Shown: piece by piece, positions 49,240-61,819 of the stretch | Numbering within the stretch: the stretch's first letter is position 1 | Layout: each line of letters opens with the position of its first letter | Assembly (NCBI RefSeq): GCF_004010195.1 | Contig: NC_057711.1 | Coordinates: 49,107,847 to 49,171,846 of the forward strand | Origin: Chiloscyllium plagiosum | Lineage: Eukaryota | Direction: 5' to 3' | DNA: 64,000 nt | Notes under the pieces: model-generated | Databases searched by the model: none | What the model was told of the DNA's origin: nothing | Seen by the model: only the letters and a program-made list of their open reading frames with translations | Position numbers and translations under genes: made by a program

Positions 49240-49510
49240 TGATCAAGCTTGATGCCTTTTGTCTTGAAGAGAAGGCTGGTGGTGACAGAAAAGTGATCTT
49301 GAAAATAATGCAAGATAGACAGTGTTCCCACTTGTAAGCAACAGTGAAACTTGAGGCCATCTATATAAGCTCAACACCAAGGAATCAAGTAACAAAATTC
49401 AGAAGAAACTTCTTCACCAGAGAATGATGAGAATGTGAAACCAACAGCTAGCAAGAGAAACAAATAATATAAATGTATTTAAGAGGAGACTAGAGACACA
49501 TATGAGGGTG
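49240..49510 (+). mobile_element. Very old CR1 3' fragment
   Basis: ttcagaagaaacttcttcaccagagaatgatgagaatgtg (FRRNFF.QR..RMW motif). Confidence 0.6.
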
Positions 49511-50591
49511 TGTTATTGCAGTCAGAGACAAGATCGTGAAAAGTTGTTTCGGTACTGTTATAAAGTTCATAAGATCACTTTGCTTTGTGACTGTCTCTTT
49601 GAGGTAAAATGGAGAAATGAAAGAGGTTCATGTGACCTGCTCTGAGTTCTGCCAACAACAAAACTGAAAGAAACGTGGCACCCGGGTTGACTTACTCGAA
49701 GCTCATTCTTGTAGGGAATGCCAGGAGCAACCATACTGTCTGTAGGCAGGGAGATAAAGAGATAAGTTAGGCTTAAGTTCCAAGATGGTGTAAGGTTGGT
49801 TGTCGAGAGGATGGTTAATTAGCATTTCTACCTGAATACAGAGCCATAGTGCCACTGTGGCTTTATTTGAGAGGCATATACTCAATACAAAATGATTGCA
49901 GTTTTGAATTGTGGATTTTCTAAGAGATTAATGAAGCTTGCAGACAAGTCAGTCGACAGACACTTGGCAGAATGTGGGTGGGAAATAATGTTCATATTGA
50001 AGAGACCAAATTTGTGAGCATTCATATCGAAGATTTGTTTATCTTCAAGTAGAGGGAATGAATCTCTTGCGTAAATCATTACACTGTATGCAATTTCTGG
50101 CATTTGAGGTTACCCAGCTGGTAACAAAGCAGATAGCAGGCCTTCAACTTTGGACTTCATTCCTGGAGAATAAAGTGTCCTCTTGAGAAACAGTGTAAAG
50201 GATAACCATGGTAAGAGATTTCTGGTCATGGCGAAAGTTAGATTGTTAGTTTTTTTGTCTCTAGAGTTTAAGCTGCTTCCTGAACAGTGTTTAAATGACG
50301 TTGCCTTTTGTTTGGTTAGTAAATAAAGTTCTTAAAATTTGAAATCTTGTGTGATCATTTCAGTCAATTATTAGATGTTGAAATGTATTGTTTTTAACAA
50401 TAATCAGTCTCAATAGGAATTGTTAGACATTATATATTCTAATATATCCGCAATAACACACCCTTGTATGTGTATCTAGTCTCCTCTTAAATACATTTAT
50501 ATTATTTGTTTCTCTTGCTAGCTGTTGGTTCCACATTCTCATCATTCTCTGGTAAAGAAGTTTCTTCTGAATTTGTTACTTGGTCCCTTGG
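49377..50591. repeat. 143-bp inverted repeat (49377-49519 / 50450-50591) around a ~930-bp spacer
   Basis: Manual alignment shows 7 substitutions and 1 indel over ~143 bp. Confidence 0.92.
49511..50429 (+). mobile_element. Solo-LTR-like sequence
   Basis: TGTTA...GACA ends, AATAAA at 50322-50327, no ORF. Confidence 0.4.
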
Positions 50592-50885
50592 GGTGGCCCG
50601 GTGGCTCATTGGTTAGCACTGCTGCCTCATAGCATCAGGGACCTGGGTTCAATTCCTGACTCGGGCAACTGTCTGTGTGGAGTTTGCACATTCTCCCCAT
50701 GTCTGTGTGGGGTTTCCTCCCACAATCCAAAGATGTGCAGGTCAGGTGAACTGGCCATGCTAAATTGCCCGTGGTGTTGGGTGCATTAGTCATGGGTAAA
50801 TGTAGGGGAATGGGTTTGGGTAGGTTGCTCTTCAAAGGTTGGTGTAGACTTGTTGGGCTGAAGGGCCTCTAGGGAATCTAATCTG
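50590..50885 (+). mobile_element. HE1-type V-SINE
   Basis: tggctcattgg A-box, gggttcaattcc B-box, V-domain, tagggaatctaatct tail. Confidence 0.92.
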
Positions 50886-50949
50886 TGTTTTTCTAATTCT
50901 TGTAGTTTATGCATCTGTGCATACCAGGATACTATATGCTTTGCTTTTA

Positions 50950-52055
50950 TTAACTCATAGGATGAGGACATCACTGGCTGGGCCATTATTTATTGACCAA
51001 TCCTAGTTGCCTTTAAGGAGGTGGTGATGATCTGCTACAATCCATGTTCTTCAGGTAAACCCAAAAAGCCAATAGAGAGGGAGATCCAGGACTTTGACTC
51101 AGCAACACCAAGGGAACAGTGATATATTTCCAAGTCAGGATGGCAAGTGACTTGGAGAGGAACTTGTAGGAAGTGATGTTTCCATGTACCTACTGCCCTT
51201 GCCCTTTGAAATTGAAGTAGTCATGGGCCTAAGCAGCCTTGGTGAATTTCTGCAGTACATCTTAGAGATGATATACACTGCTGCTACTGAGCACTGATGA
51301 TGAGGGAGTGGATTCTTGTGGGTGTGGTTCCACTTTATCAGATATTTTGTCCTGAATGGTGTCAAGCGTTTTGAGTGCTGTTGGAGCTGCATTCACCCAG
51401 GCAAGTGAAGAATATTCCATTGTACTCCTGATTTGTGCTTTTTAGGTGGTGGACAGGCCTTAGGGAATCAGGCGGTGAGTTCCTAGCTTCTGACCTGCTC
51501 TTGTACCCCCTTATACTGCTTGTCCTGGTCACTGGTAGCTTTGCAGATGTTGGTAGTGGTAATTCAATGATCATAATGCTGTTGAATATCAGGGGAAGTT
51601 AGTTAGATGCTCTCTTACTGGAGATAATCATTGTCTGGCATTTCTGTGGTACAAATGTTACTCACCATTTTTTAAACCAAGCCTAGATATTACTCAGGTC
51701 TTATTGAATTTTGACATAGGCTAGTTCAGTACCTGTGCAATCATTGTTGAATATTCCAATTTGTCCTTATGGTGGAGGGTAGGTCATAGATGAAGCAGCT
51801 AAAAATGCCTGGGCAATTTTTCCCCAATTCCCACTGACTCCAGTTTTGCCAGGGTTCCTTAATCACATACTTGATCAAATGCAGCCATGAAGTCAAGAGC
51901 AGTTACTCACACCTCACCTCTGGAATTCAGCTCTTTTGTCCATGTTTGAAACAAGGTTGAGGTCAAGAGCTGAGTGGCCCTGGCAGAACCCAAACTGGGC
52001 ACCAGTGTGTGGGTTATTGCTGACCAGGTGCTACGTGATGCATGGTTGTGCGATA
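50950..52055 (-). mobile_element. LINE family B, internally deleted
   Basis: QTWTKELNSRGEV motif; tail cactggctgggccattatttattg. Confidence 0.8.
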
Positions 52056-52599
52056 CATGTGACCACCCTGAGACATTGGTGCCATGTGTCCAAGATGTAA
52101 GTCCAGATGAGCAACTGCTAAGATGGCAGCAACCCATTCAAACGTCCATGTCCGGAAATCTTGGCATCAATTCAGTGGTTGAAGAATATGAGTCTGCATA
52201 TTAAAGAAGTGAAATTAAGTAGTAATGAAGATGATAATGATCAATTATCTCCATTAATAGTCTTTGTGATGCTCACTAGCAAAAATCTTGTCTTGATGTC
52301 CAGGACTTGGTTGGAAAATGTGACTTGACAGTTTTGATGACAAAAAAGACATCATTCAACATTTCATGTGATTCACCCAACATTCTCACCTTAGCCCACA
52401 TTGTTCCGGGCCTGGGAAATTGCACCCTTAGTTCCTGAAGCTCACCAACCTTATCACCGCATTTAATGCATTTATTCACTTACATTCCAATATTGATTGA
52501 GACCTTTTTATCTAGTCTGTGGTCTTACCTAATATTAGGCAGGGATTTCCAGACCATGAAGTCGAGGTAAATGAAGATTTGACTGTGAAGGGGCAAACA

Positions 52600-53240
52600 G
52601 GCACAAGAGGCCAGATTGGAGAGTTTGTTCTGGCAAGTGTTGCATAACCTGAAAGATTTGCATCGGTGGCGAAGACCATCATGTGATTTGAACAGAACTT
52701 GCTAGTTTTTAACTGTGACGCAGTGGATACTGTCTGACAACATAAACCAGGGATGTTTGATATGAGATATAATACATTTTGCACTGCTATGGAGGAGTTG
52801 AATTATTCAGAGGATGGAAGCTGGGAATTGATCAGTTATGTGTTGAAATAGAATATTCTGGAAATAACAAAAGAATGAGAGGGTTTCACCTGCAAGTGGG
52901 CTGAGGTACAGGTAAAGGCAAGTGATGGAGTTGGATGTAGGCAGTCTTTGTGATGGATGGTCAGAATATAGTGGAGCAGGGGTAACAAGAATCCAAGAAG
53001 CCTGAACCAGCCTGAGTAAGTGCCTGGGACAGGGAATAGAGTTGGCGACAATGATTGAAATTTCTAGTGGGGAGATAAAATCGATGGCATTGCTCTTTTC
53101 TATGCTCACCTTATGTAAGCTTATCTAAGATTGAATATCAGGTAAATAGCTTGATAGTGTAATGATAGTGTAGGCTTCAGAAAGAAGGAAGTAGAAAAGT
53201 AAGGCTGAGTATCATCAATAAACATATGTAAGTTGACCGT
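52600..53240 (-). mobile_element. L2-type LINE 3' fragment
   Basis: HMFIDDTQ (YADD region) at ~53205-53228 on minus, followed by decayed C-terminal motifs. Confidence 0.55.
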
Positions 53241-54499
53241 GGCCTGAATTTTCACTCTGGGATTAATAGTACAGAATCCAGATACTTCCTGACTTCATAA
53301 ACCCAATCAGAGAAAAGATACTTTCAGTTTTCATATTGGGAAGCATTAGGCGCTGTGGGAATCATAGTGGGTGACTGTGAGAGCAATGTAGATGTTTCTG
53401 GATGAAGATGCAGCCTAGTTGGAAGGCTACTTCAATGTAACAAGACTTTATCAAATCAATCTTTTAAAAAATCAGAAATAAAAAAGCCTTCACCTCTCAC
53501 ACCCTCTTATCTTCTCACATACTACCCATGTTCCAAACCAATGAGAACATTAAAGCAGAAGAGGAACTGGAAATAGTGACTTTGAGAAGGATCTGGTGTC
53601 AAGCAATCAGGGTTAACTACGTTTCAGTCAATGTACAATCATAAATGCAATACCTCACAAAAACTTTGTGATAACAAAGGCCTTGTTTGTGTGTAAATGG
53701 ACCAACTGTAAGAAAACATGTGAGAGGCAGTGATATGTCAGCACAATTCAATGGTTAGGATGCCTCAGCTTCATGCCAATATGTTGCTGTGCCTCAAACA
53801 GTAGGTGTCTCTTGAATGATCTTTGAGAGGCCATTATTCTGAGAAATCAAAATGCGTACTTTAAATATTGTTAAAGAAGTCAACTAATTTACACAGCTTT
53901 AAAAATAAGATTGCTTCCATGTTGTTCATAGGGTATCTGGTGAAAACTGTTGACTCTGCAACTAAGTAGAAGAGTTAAAAATTTTGACAGAAAAGAAAGG
54001 TCTGTATTTCAGAGCCCACAGGGGTCATAAGCTTTGGTATTGAAAGCACTTTTGACTGCACAGTGGAGCCAAATGTGTTTCAAACCTTTTTGAAATGTGG
54101 GACATAATTTTGGACCAATTACAATGTGCTGCAGCATAAGGAGCAAGGCCAAGGATTATGCTGATTCTAATGATTAAAATCAAGGTACGTAGCAATATCA
54201 ATGATGGAAGGTATGTGAATGCATTTAAAAAATCTCAAATGGTATGTCATAAAACCATATAAAAACAGTTGTTTTCTCTATTGTTTGTTCTTGTTCCTTT
54301 TGAAAAATTTATTAGAATATTTGACAAAATAAAATATCTGCTGTACAGTATCGGAAATGTATTACCTTGCTGTAAGCCAGAAACTCAAGTCAGTACTCAC
54401 CAAAATTTATAGCATTCTCTGTAGTCTTTCGAAAACCTCTAGGCTTTCTGAGCAGGTGCAGAAATACTTCTTTTAGGACAGCTAATCAATACAGTTTCA

Positions 54500-55125
54500 G
54501 TGTAAATATCTTGGAACATGTTATTTAAGAACCACACATTTCTTTAAGTGCAGTTACTGGTACTGTATTACTCTGGGACGTGACAGGCGTGCAGGAAACC
54601 CCTGTTTCAGTCAGCATTGCTTCATAGAGCTGATGGGATGGATTGAGAATGGCTCTTGTGTCTGATCCATAACAGTCATTGTCTGTTATATACATTTCAA
54701 GATTCATTCGTGCTATGAAGGTAATCGAGGCAGCAGACAGTTACCCCTGCAGCTGAATGGATTTATGATAGCACTGTCAAGAAAATGAGGGAAAATGACA
54801 CAGTAGCCAGCTTTAGCTGCAAATAATGTGATAGGCTGCACAGTGTTACTGCTGGAGCTGCTGTCATTGCAGGTAATAGGCTATAAAGAAGGCTGATAGC
54901 AATACCTGTCATTTCTTAATGGCTGACTTCACTGAAGAGCTTTTGTGGCCTTTAACATGGAGATAATAGAAGATACAACAAATTTTACAGCTTTTACATT
55001 GCATTCATAATTTATCTTGAGAGTAATACCACAACAAGGACAACAGTTGTCAGGCTGAGAAAGTACAGCACTGCCTGAGATGGGATACGGAAGTTGCCTT
55101 CTGCTGTCAAGAATGGAATTCAAGC
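54500..55125. promoter_or_regulatory. Candidate conserved non-coding element
   Basis: Unique, stop-rich block with ggatttatga, multiple TGTCA/TGACA, E-box cagctg and cataatttat. Conservation not tested. Confidence 0.4.
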
Positions 55126-55322
55126 ATTTTAAAAATCTTTAAACACATATTCTTTGGAAAAGCAATTTCTTATAATAAGAGGCTTGAGAGTTTACAGTTC
55201 TCAATTATGTCGTGCAGCACCAGAGTTAATTCCAATCTTTGAACTACCACAAGCATGGGCTTACGTTTTACTTCAGGTGTACTCCTGTACAAAAATCCAT
55301 TATAAATGTCCACTCATAAGGA

Positions 55323-55528
55323 CGGAGAAAGTGAGGACTGCAGATGCTGGAGATTAGACCTGAAAATGTGTTGCTGGAAAAGCGCAGTGGGTCAGGCAGC
55401 ATCCAAGGAGCAGGAGAATCGACGTTTCGGGCATGAGTTCCTGAAGAAGGGCTCATGCCCGAAACGTCGATTCTCCTGCTCCTTGGATGCTGCCTGACCT
55501 GCTGCGCTTTTCCAGCAACAATTTTCAG
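55323..55528 (-). mobile_element. Fold-back PLE family A insertion, youngest-looking copy
   Basis: Tail ggagaaagtgaggactgcagatgctggaga on the left; near-identical arms; TSD cactcataagga (55311-55322, 55529-55540). Confidence 0.92.
55441..55468 (+). ncRNA. Minimal hammerhead ribozyme core, intact
   Basis: CUGAAGA-A-GGGC-UCAU-GCCC-GAAA-CGUC; all core residues present, GUC cleavage triplet, palindromic ACGU in place of helix III. Confidence 0.7.
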
Positions 55529-57999
55529 CACTCATAAGGATGCATTGGTACTCATGATTGCCACTTGTAATCTCAGCTCATCGGAGTGGCCAGAACAAAC
55601 CTGAGAATGCTCTAAATTATACCAATAAACTATGTTGTAACATTAAAAGGAAGCAGCTTGAAAAATCTAAGGGTAACATTAAATCATATTAATATGAGGA
55701 CAATTGTGTACATTTTGGTGCCTCATAAAAACAGTTGGCATTTTATCATTTTCCCAGGCAGTATGATAAGATTTTGCTAGCCTAGCAGATAATCCATATT
55801 GATTTGTTATTTAGCATTGTTATTTATGAAAAATGTTGCATAAAATCATATCACAGAAGGCCCTCGCAATATTGCAAGGTCCATGGAAGAACAACATCAA
55901 CTTTTAAGGAGTTACTCTTCATTAAAAGAAAACCTGCTCGCTGAAAGGCACGTATCCCATCACATTTGAAATGTCACTGATGCACATTGAACCAGAGAAA
56001 CTTAGCGGTTCTTTCAGATTAAAACTACTAGTGGAGGAGGGGAGAATGTGATCTTTTGGATATGTAAACGGCCTACAGTTTAAATTATGGAAGCGTGATG
56101 TTCACTGTGCTGGAAGAGATAACATCAAGATAAATCTCAGAAATATACCTTCAGTCTTCATATAAAACCTACCAATGAACTTTCTTGTGTTTCCTTAATG
56201 AGGTCAAGTTGTAAATATATTTTAGTGTGCAAATAAGGCTCAGTTTTTATGATTTTATTTTCTTTCCATCAGAGAAAAATCTTTGTTTTTTTTGTCTTTA
56301 CCTTGATCTTATATTCCATACACAACTGATTCTTTTCATGTTGTAATTAAAGTACAGATAGAAGAGCTGAGATTCACTGGGAGCTGCAAAACAATAGCAG
56401 GAACAAATGAATTAATTATCACACCAAAGCACCTTTATATATAATCAATTACCCTTTTTTCCTTCAAATAAAGGGATGCCCCTTGAGTTTTATTCTTTTA
56501 TGGTTAGTCTCTTGTCAGAAATATACCCTTAAAAAGGATTATTAGTAAAACATTTCAAATATTGGGATAATTATGATTTTATTTTAGGATGCGAATATTA
56601 GCCTGCAATTTTAGACTTTTAAATGAGGTTAAATCTGAATGTACTAGAAAAAAACTAGATTACTTAAATAGAATGCAACAATCATAACTATTTTTAAAAT
56701 ATGCATTATAGATTTGCAAAGCATACGTATGTTGCTTTGGGAGCATAAATAAACAGGGAAAGAAAGCTAACATCGTCCTAAAATTTATAGATCCAAACAA
56801 CAATGACCTGAATAAAATCAGAAAGTTCCTATTTTATTTAGTTCTGTCTGAGCAATAGGAAGTAGATGTCATCAGTTTTCTTGCTTTGACTAATTAATGG
56901 ATACAATGTCAGATTTCCTTGTCTTGTTTGTTTTGAGGCTGTTTTGATGCCCAGCAAATAGTGCCATCTCTGCTATTTTTCTCAGGCCTAGGTGGGCATC
57001 ACTGTAGCAGCATTCAATTATGCATCTTTTTTCGTGAAAGTGATGGCAAAACCTTTATGTGAGGATATGGCCGAGGTTGTGGAAAATATCACGAGGACAT
57101 CCTCATCTTAGAAATGGTACATACACTGCAAGATGATGTCATTGCAGTTGCTGGGGGAGTTGGCACATTCTGTTGCTGATAGATTTGTTCAATGATTGTT
57201 TTTTACCATTTCACTTACTTGTTGGTTGCCACTGATATTGGATTTAAAATAGCTTTACTTTTGTCATAATATATTAAACATTGCTTTGTTTCTCATTATC
57301 TACATTTTACTACCTTCAAAATCACTGTAACATGGTGACATGAATTGTTTTCTGTTTTTGATCACAGCATTTTATTGCTTAAATATTGTACTTCCCATTA
57401 TGGAGGGAAATAGCTTGTTTTAATAGCTGCAGTTCAGAGCTTTAAGTTAGCAATCATATATCTTTAATGTGATAAAATAAGCCATAAATCATAATTCATC
57501 TTCTTTACATACTTTGTTTCTGATATTTCAGTGTATTTTTCATTCCTGCTTTCCAAAAGTAAACTCTTTCACTAACAGAAACAGGTCTAGAATCTGAACT
57601 TCAGATGAAATTACCTTTAATTCTGCAGGACAGGGGTGATTTAAGCAATTGCAATTTACAAGTTATTTCCCAGATGGTGTAGAATTCAATGAGATCTCAG
57701 CTAAAAGCAACACAAAAAATCAGCACTTAACAGATTAGGAGCCTTTGGAGCAAGGGTTAAGAAAAATGACTCTGCTTCATATTACAAGTGTACGTATTGT
57801 TTTGAGATATTTGGAAATTTAGAAACAGATTATTACTTCACCATTATACAAACTGATAGTGAGTTTTTGCTCCCTTCCTTTCATAATGAAATAGGTTGTC
57901 TTAAAAGCATGCTTCTGACTGGAAAATTCTTCTTTGTTGATGTTTCTGTTATTTATTAAACTGCAAGCTTAATAATATTTTGGACAGGTTACTATAAAA

Positions 58000-58330
58000 T
58001 AAAGCAGCAGCTAGAAAAGACATCTGCTGAGTACAGTGCTGTGTGTTACTCCACTAAAAATGGTCATGCTTAGGGGGAGTACTCATTAGCTCTAATGACA
58101 AATTCAAGATGGTCATGGTTACTGAACTGCATATGTATATCTTACATAATAAATTTATGACAATCAGCTCATAAATTTAAATATTGAACTTTCACAGTTC
58201 TTTAAAAGTAAAGACAATTATGGCTCATTCATTTTAATCTTCATTACCAAGAGCAATTACCAATTTGCTGCTTTTAACATTATCTTATGCTTCCATATGA
58301 AATTGATTTATGTTTAACTACTGCTTTACA
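58000..58330. promoter_or_regulatory. Candidate conserved non-coding element
   Basis: tcattag-ct-ctaatga inverted homeodomain sites, aaatttatga/tcataaattt inverted pair, caattatgg, caattac. Conservation not tested. Confidence 0.4.
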
Positions 58331-60245
58331 GAAAGATAAAATAGACAAGTGGGAGGAGAAATTTTCGGGGTCACTGATACAGAACGTGCGCAGAATTTTT
58401 AATGCGGAATAATTCCTATGTAGAAACTAATTTCTCTGAGCATGTGACAAAATCGGACTGCAGTGTAATCTTTCTCAGAATGACACAGTGGAGCAAGTTC
58501 ATCCAATGTGATGACTTTCTATTCTCTCTTTCTTCTCATGAAATATTTCCCTGTAACTCAGAGGCAGTTATGAGACTTAAACATGGAAGAAGAACAACAC
58601 ATCTATTCCGATGCTTCTGCAATGCTATAAAGAATATGTGCTGGTGATGCATAGAATCCCACAGGCAAAATAAAGGTGACCTACTGCTAGTTTTAAAAAT
58701 TCACCAAGCAACTGTCACATGCCTGCAGCACTGTCCTTCTAACCTTCGAGAAAGGCTGCACTTATTAACCATTAAATGTTAGTCACTGTTGTGTTAAGTG
58801 CATGCTTATGCACATACATTCAATAAAGTGTTAATGGAATCCCTTTTTTGGTCTAAGGGATCATTTGCTGAATGAATCTTTCAGTCATGTTGCTTAGATC
58901 ATGGAAATTGGAAATGGATCCTGATTCATAAAACACCATTTTCGCAAAAACCTGGGTTTCATTTGGATCTTCTAACACTTGAAGTTGTTCCATGGCCATT
59001 TTAAATAGGTACTAAGTTTATTGTGGAATAGAGAAAAATCACATCTGAAACACAACAGATTCAAAATGGGAATAGTTCAGTATAAACATGTCAGAATGAT
59101 TCTGATTCCCAATTAAGAAACAAATTTGAAGTTCAATGGAGCCCAATGATGCAGTTTCAGTTTAAACACTCAGCTATTTTTGTTTCCTTCCTCGTGAGTA
59201 TCAACAATTCCAGTATCTGGGCTTGGTTGTTCTCATGGGCAACCTGAGAGTCATAACTTTTAAACAAACATTTTTTAGCTTAACTATTCAAATACTGCTG
59301 TAGCTGCAATGAACCCGGGATGTAATATTAAGAGTGACAAATACAAGAGGCCCTATAGGTTATAGAATAAAAGTGGTTGCAGAAATCAAATGATTAGCTG
59401 AATATCCTTGTGTTTCTCTGTTGATAAGATCATGTGAAACCAACAATTGTAGCAGACACAGTATGTGCCCTGAAACTGATAATGACATTTTAAAAGTTGT
59501 AAAGGTACATTTTTAGGGTAAAAGTTGTAAACCATTACAGTTATGCTGAAGTGGTTTAATCTTCACACTGTGTACTGCAATGTTGTTTATTGTAGTTAAG
59601 TATAGGAACAAATATAAATTTGAAAAACATCAGTTAAACATTACATATTAAGATTAAAAAAATCAGAAGAATGTGTCAATTGAGACATCTTTCCAGATGT
59701 GTGATTCCAGTTAACACTTTGGCACAACTCTCCAGTTTTAATAAAGCTTTTGACGGAGGCAAATAACATAGAAGTCAAAACATTGCGAAATTTCTCCACG
59801 GTCATTGACAATGGTAGGGTAAAGACTCCAAAATATCTCGTTTGTATTATAAGCTAAACTTTTTTTTTAATCTGGACAGATTCTGCAAATATTTACATGT
59901 CTCCAGTAGCACTAGAACATGTTATTCTATTGAGTATTTCATTCTCTTTCCACAGATAACTGTTATCTTTTAAATCAAGTTCTTAGTCAATCATTCAGCT
60001 ACATTTACAATGAGTTAATCAATATTGCATTCACAGTTTCTTAATGGAAAGGCTGTTTCCTATGTCTAATACATTTCTAATCATTTCTCTTGAAGCTTGC
60101 TAATTTATTTGATCTCCAGCTACGTGTTAATTATTGAAAATAAATAAGGTCTATGAATCTATCTTGTTTATTCTTCTCTTAATTTAAATTTATGTCCCCT
60201 CCTCATTTTTCAAGTAATTGGAATAAAATTTTTGTGTGGAATCTT

Positions 60246-60259
60246 GTTGCCATGGTGAC
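60246..60259. promoter_or_regulatory. RFX X-box consensus match
   Basis: gttgccatggtgac fits GTNRCC-AT-GGYNAC. Confidence 0.35.
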
Positions 60260-60714
60260 TGTCTTGGTGGCGGGATAAGAATTAAATATACCTTCCATTC
60301 AGAGATGAGACAACTGACCACTCAAAATCACATGGCAGCCAGCCAGTCTGCTGTGACCATTTGATGGGCTCAACCAATTGTGCGGCAGAGTCGGTCAGGA
60401 AGTCACCAGTCCCACCATTACCTCAGAGCAGTAGAAGGTGTAACACCATATTTAAATGACAGCCAGGCAGTCATCCACTTCCTGAAAGCCTGTCTGAGAG
60501 GAGGAATGTGAACTTGAATGGCTGCCACCTCTTGCCCACCTGCCAAATTTGGGTCTCTGGAGCTGAAAACCATCATCCTGCACCATCTTACAGTCACCTT
60601 TGACCTTTCCTCACGCACCCTTCACCTGTTGCCTTCCTATGCAGCCACAAAGGGTTGGTTAAGTACCTGTGAAAACCTACATGTTTTTCAGAGATTTTTA
60701 GATGAATGAGGGAG

Positions 60715-60872
60715 TTCTTAGCATTTAGATGTGCACTTGCAATGCCAGGATATACATGGTCAAGTGCAGGAAAATGTTATTAGAATAGTTAGGTGTTTGA
60801 TTTTGACTAGCACAGACCAATCAGATGAAGGACCTTTTTTCTCTGTTGTATACCTGTGTGACTCTGTGACTG
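60715..60872 (+). mobile_element. CR1 extreme 3' end, old
   Basis: catttagatgtgcacttg...ggaaaatg..attagaatag; homologous to 48940-49090 and 28430-28590. Confidence 0.65.
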
Positions 60873-61030
60873 TTTGATTCCAATAATATGATAATATTTG
60901 TAGTTATTGAAGAGTGAACAGTTTACCAAGATCTAATCTTGGGATCCTCTTGATTCAACTTGAGTCTTTTATGTACTTTCCTGTATTCCTATCTGAAACA
61001 TGTGCCTGCACATAAGTTTTGCAAAGCTAA

Positions 61031-61757
61031 TTACAAGTGGAGTTCCGCAGGGATCAGTTCTGGGTCCTCTGCTGTTTGTAATTTTTATTAATGACTTGGA
61101 TGAGGGAGTCGAAGGGTGGGTCAGTAAATATGCAGATGATGCGAAGATTGGTGGAGTTGTGGATAGTGAGGAGGGCTGTTGTCGGCTGCAAAGGGACTTA
61201 GATATGATGCAGAGCTGGGCTGAGGAGTGGCAGATGGAGTTCAACCCTGCCAAGTGTGAGGTTGTCCATTTTGGAAAGACAAATAAGAATGCGGAATACA
61301 GGGTTAACGGTAGGGTTCTTAGTGAGATGGAGNNNNNNNNNNNNNNNNNNNNNNNNNNNNNNNNNNNNNNNNNNNNNNNNNNNNNNNNNNNNNNNNNNNN
61401 NNNNNNNNNNNNNNNCGAAGGATGAGGGGTGACTTGATGGAGGTTTATAAGATGATCAGAGGAATAGGTAGAGTAGACAGTCAGAAACTTTTTCCCCAGG
61501 TACAGCAGAGTGTTACAAGGGGACATAAATTTAAGGTGAAGGGTGGAAGGTATAGGGGAGATGTCAGGGGTGGGCTCTTTACCCAGAGAGTGGTGGGGAC
61601 ATGGAATGCGCTGCCTGTGGGAGTGGTAGAGTCAGAATCTTTGGTGACCTTTAAGCGGCAATTGGATAGGTACATGGATAGGTGCTTAAGCTAAGACAAA
61701 TGTTCGGCACAACATCGTGGGCCCAAGGGCCTGTTCTGTGCTGTATTGTTCTATGTA
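61031..61757 (+). mobile_element. Young CR1 3' fragment spanning an assembly gap
   Basis: SGVPQGSVLGPLLFVIFINDLDEGVEGWVSKYADDAKIGG...WQMEFNPAKCEVVHFG open without stops. Confidence 0.95.
61333..61415. other. Assembly gap (83 N)
   Basis: Run of n characters. Confidence 0.99.
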
Positions 61758-61819
61758 ATTATATTTGCTGCTGTGTATATTTGTTGCAAGTTTTTATCAA
61801 CCACGCTGTTAATTTATTT

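Noticed and set aside
57018-57108. Minus-strand peptide DEDVLVIFSTTSAISSHKGFAITF, reminiscent of a CUB-domain end
   Set aside because: Bounded by stops, weak AAG acceptor and no other CUB exons; likely chance.
60260-60680. GC-elevated patch, possibly a Harbinger terminus or promoter; similar unassigned patches at 40150-40410, 43020-43380, 46070-46330, 52070-52560 and 63400-63900
   Set aside because: Probably old repeats, but no diagnostic motif could be read, so they are left unannotated.
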